DNA of 64,000 nucleotides from Macrostomum lignano. Taxonomy: Eukaryota. The first letter of the stretch is position 1, and each line of letters opens with the position of its first letter. A program made the position numbers and the translations under genes. The DNA is taken from the NCBI GenBank assembly GCA_002269645.1, contig NIVC01000130.1:310001-374000 (forward strand), written 5' to 3'. Below are positions 50,526 to 62,500 of the stretch, one piece after another. A model generated the notes under the pieces. That model made no database searches and had not been told where the DNA came from. It worked only from the letters and a program-made list of their open reading frames with translations.

Positions 50526-51616
50526 TCTGATGGACAATAGTAGAGGTAGATCGCAGTTCCATGATTTCGCATGCATGCTGCACTGATGCGGAACATTGAA
50601 CTTTCATCGAATTATGATGAGAGCACAGAGAAGCTTTCTGAAGCGAAAATATTGTTTATATGAATTTCCGCTCTACTGTCAATATAATTGCCACCTTGAC
50701 GTCGAAGCCTATTAGATAAATTTCTGCCTCATCATAATTTGGTCAAAAAGTGCTTTCGCTTTTATAAGCTGTGTACATGCAGTGCAGGCAAATTTATATA
50801 TTGATGACATGAACAAGGGCAGATCATAGACTGAAGTAAAAAGACTGGAAATGAACTGCATTTATGCCCTCTAAAATTTCAGAATATAACTTTACTGGTT
50901 CTACAATATTATACTAACCCGCAAACTTCCTGTCTGCAAGCTGCAGCTACTAACAGTAGTGTAAAAGCAAAACAGTGCATTTAGTATGCTCTGACAGAAC
51001 GCATGGCGCTAAATGAGGTTTCGCCAAGTGTCCCTGCTTCAGTTGTCATGGGAAAGTTAGGATAAAGTTTGGGTCACGTGATGCCTATACTAATACCAGT
51101 ATGCTATTAAAAACTACATGAAGGCCTATATGAGTCCCAGGGTCAGTCAGTCAGTGCACAGATCCGATACGTCCCCCCAAATTTCGGCGATCCAAGACAA
51201 ACAACCTCAGCTGTGTAATCTAGCATCGGTCAATCAGCTGTCTCTATTTTGAGCATTATATAGCTATAATAAATCTCGATTACTTTCTGATTGCAGTAAT
51301 TGCTCCGATGGAATCAGGAGATGCCCCGCCCACACCCCCTATGATTGTATTTGCTCAATTGCTCATACAGATTACGAGCGTACAGACATTGATATATTGT
51401 CCAGTTTATTACTGTAGTCCGCTGGCTGCAGTATAAGGTATAGGTTCTCTTCATATTGTGAGGCTGGCGCTAGCTCAGAATCAGGAGCGTTTTGAGACCA
51501 ATGCAATCTCAGCATTCTGATCAACTCGCTCCGTGCTCTGTTCCTGAAAATTTCTGTCAATTAGAGATAAAAGCATCCGGGGGTGTTTAAACAGGAACTT
51601 ATGCTCTGCACCTGCC

Positions 51617-52231
<615 letters not shown>

Positions 52232-52446
52232 ATGACCTGAGGTAGATATTACAATGCTATGCAAAGGAGATAGAATTTCCAGATACGCGTGCATCATTGC
52301 AGAATTCGGGTACAGTTTCAGGCCAGAAATCACTCTAATTTCAAGACGCGCAGCAGATCTGAATTGATACTGCAGTCCTCAGAAGCTCTGTGCCAGGGGC
52401 ATTATAGATTTATATATACGGAAGTGCTACATCAGTCAGTACGCTA

Positions 52447-52674
52447 CTATAATGCCTGTGACGTCATCAAACGAATTTTCTGCAGCAATTCATACACTGA
52501 TCGCCAAATGAGTTCACACGAAGAAGTCCTACGTGGATGTATATGGCGATTCTCCATTACCCGTGACTGTCGGGTTTCCCTATTAATTTGCTCAAGCTTC
52601 ACCTCGGAAAGTGCCTTCGGCAAGAGCATCGCCTTGTTATTTCGAAGTTGGTCAAAAGTTTTATTCAATGCCAT
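52447..52674 (-). CDS. Possible exon or short ORF of an unresolved gene
   Basis: MALNKTFDQLRNNKAMLLPKALSEVKLEQ... is non-repetitive and has a candidate donor GTAATG; no recognisable domain and no consistent join to 51372-51560. Confidence 0.25.
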   Translation of the reverse strand: MALNKTFDQLRNNKAMLLPKALSEVKLEQINRETRQSRVMENRHIHPRRTSSCELIWRSVYELLQKIRLMTSQAL

Positions 52675-52949
52675 ATAACGTTGAAAGTTATAAGCGTCAA
52701 CACGAAGGAAAGATTGTGCAACTGTAAGGAATCAAATAATATCCTGAATCTGAAAAGAAACACGCACGTTCACATCTCGGAGTCCAATATACGCTGATAA
52801 CGAGCAGCAAGCTCACCAAATATATGCGTAAAAAATCTATCGCATGGGTGCTCGACTTTTATCAGTCCCTGGCTTGAGAAGATAACACTTATCTATAGGG
52901 CGAATATTGGACATTTTGCTTTAGCAGCTGGCCCCCTCCCCACAGTCAG

Positions 52950-53400
52950 CCAAGTCACGTGACCAGAAGCGAGACCACCCCGGGGGTTTCTCACCAATTC
53001 CCGCAGCTAGACAATATCAGTCCCACGTGACCAGAAGCGAGACCACCCCGGGGGTTTCTCACCGATTCCCGCAGCTAGACAATATCAGTTCAGTCACGTG
53101 ATCAGAAACGAGGCCACCCCGGGGGTTTCTCACCAATTCCCGCAGCTAGACAATATCAGTTCAGTCACGTGATCAGAAGCGAGACCACCCCGGGGGTTTC
53201 TCACCAATTCCCGCAGCTAGACAATATCAGTTCAGTCACGTGATCAGAAACGAGGCTACCCCTGGGGGTTTCTCACCAATTCCCGCAGCTAGACAATATC
53301 AGTTTAATCACGTGATCAGAAACGGGGCCACTCCTATCCAGAAGTTTTACGAGCTGACCCACCTCAGAAAGAGACACGTATTATAGTCACGTGATCGAAA
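52950..53400. repeat. ~71-bp tandem repeat with one CACGTG E-box per unit
   Basis: CACGTG at 52956, 53024, 53095, 53166, 53237, 53309 and 53388. Confidence 0.85.
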
Positions 53401-53512
53401 CGAATCCTAAGGGACTTGCAAATTCTACACAAAAACAGTAATAAACCTAGAAAAAATCTCATTTTACAGGTACAAAACGGACTTAGAACACGTGCCCTAC
53501 TCTACAAGTGGC

Positions 53513-56500
53513 TCAGCTTTTGCGTCGAGTAAATGAGCAGAAAATGTCGACAATAAACCCGGGCCACAATTTGTCCTCGCGGTGCCAAGCGGCCGTGTCC
53601 TTGGAATTGCCAATCAGGATGGCTCTGCCGTGCTCAGGTAGGGAGCAGTTGCCGAATGGCACCTGTATAGTGAGTGTTGGAGAGATATGCCAATTGACAA
53701 TTTGACATACAAGAGACACAATCTTGCATACGAGAGACGCAATCCGATGGCATACAAGACACAATCTTTGATAGAAGAGACACAATCTTTGATAGAAGAG
53801 ACACAATCTTTGATAGAAGAGACACAATCTTTGATAGAAGAGACAATCTTTGATAGAAGACACACAATCTTTGATAGAAGAGACACAATCTTTGATAGAA
53901 GAGACATAATCTTTGATAGAAGAGACACAATCTTTGATAGAAGAGAAACAATCTTTGATAGAAAAGACACAATCTTTGATAGAAGAGACATAATCTTTGA
54001 TAGAAGAGACACAATATTTGATAGAAGAGAAATAATCTTTGATAGAAGAGACACAATCTTTGATAGGAGACACAATCTTTGATAGAAGACACACAATCTT
54101 TGATAGAAGACACACAATCTTTGATAGAAGACACACAATCTTTGATAGAAGAGACAATCTTTGATAGAAGAGACACAATCTTTGATAGAAGAGACATAAT
54201 CTTTGATAGAAGAGACATCATCTTTGATAGAAGAGACATAATCTTTGATAGGAGACACAATCTTTGATAGAAGAGACACAATCTTTGATAGAAGAGACAC
54301 AATCTTTGATAGAAGACACACAATCTTTGATAGAAGAGACACAATCTTTGATAGAAGAGACATAATCTTTGATAGAAGAGACACAATCTTTGATAGAAGA
54401 CACACAATCTTTGATAGAAGAGACACAATCTTTGATAGAAGAGACAATCTTTGATAGAAGAGACACAATCTTTGATAGAAGAGACATAATCTTTGATAGA
54501 AGAGACACAATATTTGATAGAAGAGAAATAATCTTTGATAGAAGAGACACAATCTTTGATAGGAGACACAATCTTTGATAGAAGACACACAATCTTTGAT
54601 AGAAGACACACAATCTTTGATAGAAGACACACAATCTTTGATAGAAGAGACAATCTTTGATAGAAGAGACACAATCTTTGATAGAAGAGACATAATCTTT
54701 GATAGAAGAGACATCATCTTTGATAGAAGAGACATAATCTTTGATAGGAGACACAATCTTTGATAGAAGAGACACAATCTTTGATAGAAGAGACACAATC
54801 TTTGATAGAAGACACACAATCTTTGATAGAAGAGACACAATCTTTGATAGAAGAGACATAATCTTTGATAGAAGAGACACAATCTTTGATAGAAGACACA
54901 CAATCTTTGATAGAAGAGACACAATCTTTGATAGAAGAGACAATCTTTGATAGAAGAGACACAAAATTTTTGATAGAAGAGACATAATCTTTGATAGAAG
55001 AGACAATCTTTGATAGAAGAGACACAATCTTTGATAGAAGACACACAATCTTTGATAGAAGAGACACAATCTTTGATAGAAGAGACATAATCTTTGATAG
55101 AAGAGACATAATCTTTGATAGAAGAGACACAATCTTTGATAGGAGACACAATCTTTGATAGAAGACACACAATCTTTGATAGAAGAGACACAATCTTTGA
55201 TAGAAGAGACATAATCTTTGATAGAAGAGACACAATCTTTGATAGAAGACACACAATCTTTGATAGAAGAGACACAATCTTTGATAGAAGAGACAATCTT
55301 TGATAGAAGAGACACAATCTTTGATAGAAGAGACATAATCTTTGATAGAAGAGACAATCTTTGATAGAAGAGACACAATCTTTGATAGAAGACACACAAT
55401 CTTTGATAGAAGAGACACAATCTTTGATAGAAGAGACAATCTTTGATAGAAGAGACACAATCTTTGATAGAAGAGACATAATCTTTGATAGAAGAGACAA
55501 TCTTTGATAGAAGAGACACAATCTTTGATAGAAGACACACAATCTTTGATAGAAGAGACACAATCTTTGATAGAAGAGACACAATCTTTGATAGAAGACA
55601 CACAATCTTTGATAGAAGAGACACAACCTTTGATAGAAGACACACAATCTTTGATAGAAGAGACACAATCTTTGATAGAAGACACACAATCTTTGATAGA
55701 AGAGACACAATCTTTGATAGAAGAGACAATCTTTGATAGAAGAGACACAATCTTTGATAGAAGAGACATAATCTTTGATAGAAGAGACACAATCTTTGAT
55801 AGAAGAGAAACAATTTTGATAGAAGAGACACACTCTTTGATAGAAGAGACACAATCTTTGATAGAAGAGACACAATCTTTGATAGAAGACACACAACCTG
55901 ACACCCTGCAGACACACGCAAATATGGGTCTACGTGAACTGCTTTTACAATATTCTATCAGAAGAAAATCAGCCCAGATAGGATTAATTAAAGCGGATTA
56001 TGGATTATGAAGTTTTAATTAGCTAATAAGCCCAGCCATTTATTGGAAAGCTGTTAGCAATTAACCTAATTACAAATCGTCATAAAATTTTCATCTAGGG
56101 GTCAGTGGAGGCTCACGTGAACAGATGAAGATTTGATAGCGGATGCAGCGACCGAGTTTTGGGCTGCACTGAGCAGCGAAGCCAGCAGAAATTCGCAGAA
56201 AAGAAAGACGTTATTCCCGCGTTCGGGCAGTCGGCCGCACATCTCGTTGCGCAGATCCCAGCCAGCCAAGTCCAGCTCCAGTTTGCGCAGCATGAACACA
56301 TCGTCCTGGTTGCGCGACGTCGTGTCCGTGAATGGCAGTCGACGATTTCCCACTCTGGAATTTTGAAATTATGTATAGGCGACAGCCAGTGTTGCTTTCA
56401 TTACACCAAGACGTCACTCTGGAAATAACGGCCTCATCTGGAAAATTACGTAATCAAGCAAATTTATCCAGTCAGTTTCAAAAGACATCATTTTTAAATG

Positions 56501-59500
56501 TCATTCGTAGAGGACGTCAATTTCGGGCGACGTCCCTCATAGATGACGTCATTCTTAAGATGACAAAATTTCTAGATTATGTCATTCTTAGATTACGAAA
56601 AGTTCTAGATGACGTCATTCTTAAGATGACAAAATTTCTAGATTACGTCATTCTTAAGATTACGAAAAGTTCTAGATGACGTCATTCTTAAGATGATGAA
56701 ATTTCTAGACTACGTCATTCCTAAGATGACGAAAATCTCTAAATGACGTCATTTCTAAATGAAGTCATTCGATTATTGAAGCACCTCAACTTAACTTATT
56801 GAATATTGCGTTTGAAAACATAGTAATTTTTAAATTAACAGTTCCCCATACTGAAGACTCTTATTCGAGCAAACAAATACTCAGAGCTTTAAGCTCGTAG
56901 GGACGTGACATTTTCTTACTAGTACTTTTCTGTTTTCTTATCTCAGTCTCCAATTAAGCGAATGCTCTTCCAATGAACTATCTGTTTGACTTCTAAATAA
57001 AGGTTTTTTATTTTTTTAAAGCACTCAATGCACTTGTTAACGCAAACTTACGGTATAGTTAATGCGTTAGATTCAACATTGCAAGGTTTTAAAAGCACTC
57101 CCTCTGCATTGAATAATTTACTGCTTACCTGAGAGTGACACGTGAGTCTATTAGACTTAGGCGGGAACTGTGAGCAAAATAAATATGGGGCAAGAGATGC
57201 GATGCTTCGTTTACTTTTCAACGTAAAACTTGAGAAGGGGTGGGGAGAAGGAAAAAGGGAAAGTGCGAGTGAAAGAGGGAGAATCGAGAGAAGGAAGAAG
57301 CAAAAAGGAGATGAAGAGGGAGAGGGAGAGAGAGGGGGAGGAGAGAGTAGCGCACCTCCATCTTGCAGGGGCTGACACAGTGAAAGGGCGAATTAAAGTT
57401 TCAATTTAATTAAAGTTGCCGATATTTCGAATAAGATTACTCTTCGTCAGGGCAGAATGTGAGAGAGAGGGGAGGGAAAGAAAAAGAGAAAGAGAGAGGG
57501 AGAGAGGGAGGGGTGAGAGGGAAGGAGAGTAAAGAGAGGGAGAGGGAGAGGGAGAGGTAGAGGGAGAGAGGGAGAGAGGGAGTGAGAGGAAGAGGGAGAG
57601 AAGAAGAGGGAGAGGAGAGAGGGAGTGGGAGAGATGGAGGGAGAGGGAGAGGGAGAGGGAGAGGGAGAGGGAGAGAGGGAAATAGGGAGTGAGAGGAAGA
57701 GGGAGAGAAGAAGAGGGAGAGGAGAGAGGGAGGGGGAGAGGGAGGGAGAGGGAGAGGGAGAGGGAGAGGGAGAGGGAGAGGGAGAGAGGGAGAGAGTGAG
57801 TGAGAGGAAGAGGGAAATAAAGATAGGGGAGAGGAGAGAGAAGGAGACGGAGAGGGAGAGGGAGAGGGAGAGAGAGAGAAAGGGAGAGAGGGAGTGACTG
57901 AGAGGAAGAGAGAGAAGAAGAGGGAGATAAAGATAAGGGAGAGGAGAGAGAGACGGAGACGGAGAGGGAGAGATGGATCAGGAGAAGCATGCTACACGGC
58001 AATAGCTGAAGAGCCGCTCAATCAAAAACTAGGTCAGAGCCCAGCCCCAAAGCAGGGCAAACGACGGCAAAAAGCAGCTGAGGTCAAAGCCTGAGGTCGC
58101 TCTGCACGCACGGCGCTCCGTATCTACGAGTACTCGAGCCCCGTCTCGCTTGGCAACTCAGTGAATTTCCGTTAGTGTGCGTCCAATTCCCACTTTGAGT
58201 TCCACTTCAACCAGGCCAGCTACCAATGAGAGAGAGAGAGAGCCCTCCTACACGTAGATGGAGTGGCTCAGAGTAATTCCCGGTACGAACCAAACCATTT
58301 TTGTATTGTGGATTATTAAAGCATATAGCATTTAGTACGGTTTGTACTTTTAATCAAGTGTTCGGTCACTATATTATGTCGCGCTAATTGATGCAGGGCA
58401 GGTGATAAGGGAGCGAGAGAGATCGAGAGGCTTCAAAGCCAGAAGCAAGGCGACAGGATATTGTATTTTGTATTGTAGGCTGGACTGGCAAGCCAGATTT
58501 GAAGGCTTGCAACTCCGGGCTACTTTAAATTTCGTATGCCTTTATTGTCAGCCGCAGCCAAGAGTCTGCTCTACCTCTCCTCCCTCTCCCTCTCCCTCTA
58601 CTTCTTACTCTTTCTCTCCCTCTCTCCCTCTACTTCTCTCTCTCTCCCTCTACTTCTTACTCTCTCTCTCTCTCTCCCTCTACTTCTCTCTCTCCCTCTA
58701 CTTCTTTCTCCCTCTCTTTTGCCCTGACGAAGAATTTCGTATTCGAAATATCGGCAACTAACTCTTTTTAACTTTTTTTCTTTGTCTTGTTGCTTTGCCG
58801 TGTCAGCGCCCTCGGGATTGGAGGCTCTCCCTCTCTCTCCCTCTCTTCCTCTCTACTTCTTTCTCTCTCTCTCTCTCTACTTCTCTCTCTCTCCCTCTAC
58901 TTCTTTCTCTCTCCCTCTACTTCTTTCTCTCTCTCCCTCTACTTCTTTCTCTCTCCCTCTATTTCTCTCTCTCTCTCTCCCTCTACTTCTCTCTCTCTCC
59001 CTCTACTTCTTTCTCTCTCTCCCTCTACTTCTTTCTCTCTCTCTCCCTCTACTTCTCTCTCTCTCCCTCTACTTCTTTCTCTCTCTCCCTCTACTTCTTT
59101 CTCTCTCTCTCTGCCTCTACTTCTTTTCCTCCCTCTCCCTCACCCTCTCACTCTACTTCCCCCTCCCTCTCTACTCTGTCTCTCCTTCTTACTACCTCAG
59201 CAGGAGTTTAAACCCGGTCTCTCACCTGACATTTCTGCACAGCCAGGTTGGCTCGCTGTAAAATTTGCTCAGCTGGCTGTCCGTGGGCGGATCGCAGTAC
59301 ACGGTGCTGTTCAGGATGGAGCTCTCTGATAGAAATGATGCGGCTGAAATTACAGTATTTTTAATTGGACAATTTATAAACGGGAAATTTAAGTATAGTT
59401 CGGGTGATAGAAGCTAAACAGATTTCTGTATAAAGAGGCTGTTTTGAATATAAAGAGAATGAGAAAGGATTAGAAAATAGAAGGAAGAGTGGAGAGGGAG

Positions 59501-62500
59501 AGTGGCAGAGGGGAGAGTGGCAGAGGGGAGAGTGGCAGAGGGGAGAGTGGCAGAGGGGAGAGTGGCAGAGGGGAGAGTGGCAGAGGGGAGAGTGGCAGAG
59601 GGGATAATGGCAGAGGGGAGAGTGGCAGAGGGGAGTGGCAGAGGGGAGAGTGGCAGAGCGGAGAGTGGCAGAGCGGAGAGTGGCAGAGAGGAGAGTGGCA
59701 GAGAGGAGAGTGGCAGAGAGGAGAGTGGCAGAGGGAGAGTGGCAGAGAGGAGAGTGGCAGAGAGGAGAGTGGCAGAGGGAGAGTGGCAGAGAGGAGAGTG
59801 GCAGAGAGGAGAGTGGCAGAGAGGAGAGTGGCAGAGGGGAGAGTGGCAGAGGGGATAGTGGCAGAGAGGAGAGTGGCAGAGAGGAGAGTGGCAGAGGGGA
59901 GAGTGGCAGAGGGGAGAGTGGCAGAGGGAGAGTTGCAGAGTGATCAGGTAGGCAGAGTGATCAGGTAGGCAGAGTGATCAGGTAGGCAGAGTGATCAGGT
60001 AGGCAGAGTGATCAGGTAGGCAGAGTGATCAGGTAGGCAGAGTGATCAGGTAGGCAGAGTGATCAGGTAGGCAGAGTGATCAGGTAGGCAGAGTGATCAG
60101 GTAGGCAGAGTGATCAGGTAGGCAGAGTGATCAGGTAGGCAGAGTGATCAGGTAGGCAGAGTGATCAGGTAGGCAGAGTGATCAGGTAGGCAGAGTGATC
60201 AGGTAGGCAGAGTGATCAGGTAGGCAGAGTGATCAGGTAATAATACAAAGTGCATTTTAAAGGAAATCAAAACAGATTAAGAAGATCAGAAGATGTCCCT
60301 GTTAAATAATGAGGACTACATAGATTTTCCACGGCAAGGCAAAGCCTGTTTTTTGAAAGCGGAAGAGACGGACTGTGATGGGAAGTGGAGGGTTATAGCG
60401 GCGGTCATCAATGTTCAATGAAACCTAATAGCAAATTAACTTTTTTAACTGACTGTACTTGATGAAGCCTAATGAGATTGACACATAAGCCTCGTAGGCG
60501 TGGGCTCTTGGTGTCTGAATAATTCATTAAGTCGCTAGAGCACTCAATTTGTTTTATTACTTACCGCTAAAGCTAGGGTGCATTGCATATATTTATCTGT
60601 CATACACTCGTAATTTATTGATACCAATAAAATCACCTTTTATTTAGCGCCAGAAGCCATACAGCGATATGTCAACAAAGATTTGTTTAATCGCGATAAA
60701 AACTTTGCTAAAAATATTTTTAAAAAAATCTGGTCACAACAGAAACGGATTGAGTCTACCCTACTGGCTAACTTTTTTGAGAAATACAGATAAGTGAACA
60801 CGTGGATTGGGTAGGTAGAGGACAGGATTGGGTAGGTAGAGGACAGGGGGATTGGGTAGGTAGGGGACAGGGGGATTGGGTAGGTAGGGGACAGGGGGAT
60901 TGGGTAGGTAGGGGACAGGGGGATTGGGTAGGTAGGGGACAGGGGGAGTGGGTAGGTAGGGGACAGGGGGATTGGGTAGGTAGGGGACAGGGGGATTGGG
61001 TAGGTAGGGGACAGGGGGATTGGGTAGGTAGGGAACAGGGGGATTGGGTAGATAGGGGACAGGGGGATTGGGTAGGTAGGGGACAGGGGGATTGGGTAGG
61101 TAGGGGACAGGGGGATTGGGTAGGTAGGGAACAGGGGGATTGGGTAGATAGGGGACAGGGGGATTGGGTAGGTAGGGGACAGGGGGATTGGGTAGGTAGG
61201 GGACAGGGGGATTGGGTAGGTAGGGAACAGGGGGATTGGGTAGATAGGGGACAGGGGGATTGGGTAGGTAGGGAACAGGGGGATTGGGTAGGTAGGGGAC
61301 AGGGGGATTGGGTAGGTAGGGGACAGGGGGATTGGGTAGGTAGGGGACAGGGGGATTGGGTAGGTAGGGGACAGGGGGATTGGGTAGGTAGGGGACAGGG
61401 GGATTGGGTAGGTAGGGGACAGGGGGATTGGGTAGGTAGAGGACAGGGGGATTGGGTAGGTAGGGAACAGGGGGATTGGGTAGGTAGGGGACAGGGGATT
61501 GGGTAGGTAGGGAACAGGGGGATTGGGTAGGTAGGGGACAGGGGGATTGGGTAGGTAGGGAACAGGGGGATTGGGTAGGTAGAGGACAGGGGGATTGGGT
61601 AGGTAGGGAACAGGGGGATTGGGTAGGTAGGGAACAGGGGGATTGGGTAGGTAGGGAACAGGGGGATTGGGTAGGTTAGAGACACTGGATAGGCATGATA
61701 GAAAAACTGGATAGACAGGTGATAGAGACATTGGATAGACAGGTGATAGAGACATTGGATAGACAGGTGATAGAGACATTGGATAGACAGGTGATAGAGA
61801 CATTGGATAGACAGGTGATAGAGACATTGGATAGATAGAGACATTGGATAGACAGGTGATAGAGACGCTGGATAGGCAGGTGATGGAGACATTGGATAGA
61901 CAGGCGATAGAGACACTGGATAGACAGGTGTTAGAGACACTGGATAGACAGGTGATAGAGACACTGGATAGACATGTGTTAGAGACACTGGATAGACAGG
62001 TGATAGAGACATTGGATAGACAGGTGATAGAGACATTGGATAGACAGGTGATAGAGACATTGGATAGACAGGTGATAGAGACACTGGATAGACAGGTAAT
62101 AGAGACACTGGATAGACAGGTGATAGAGACATTGGATAGACAGGTGATAGAGACATTGGATAGACAGGTGATGGAGACATTGGATAGATAGAGACATTGG
62201 ATAGACAGGTGATAGAGACACTGGATAGACAGGTAATAGAGACACTGGATAGACAGGTGATAGAGACATTGGATAGACAGGTGATAGAGACATTGGATAG
62301 ACAGGTGATGGAGACATTGGATAGATAGAGACATTGGATAGACAGGTGATAGATACATTGGATAGACAGGTGATAGAGACATTGGATAGACAGGTGATAG
62401 AGACACTGGATAGACAGGTGTTAGAGACACTGGATAGACAGGTGATAGAGACACTGGATAGACAGGTGTTAGAGACACTGGATAGACAGGTGATAGAGAC

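Noticed and set aside
53614-55921. ORFs of up to 767 aa
   Set aside because: Translations of the 21/19-bp minisatellite
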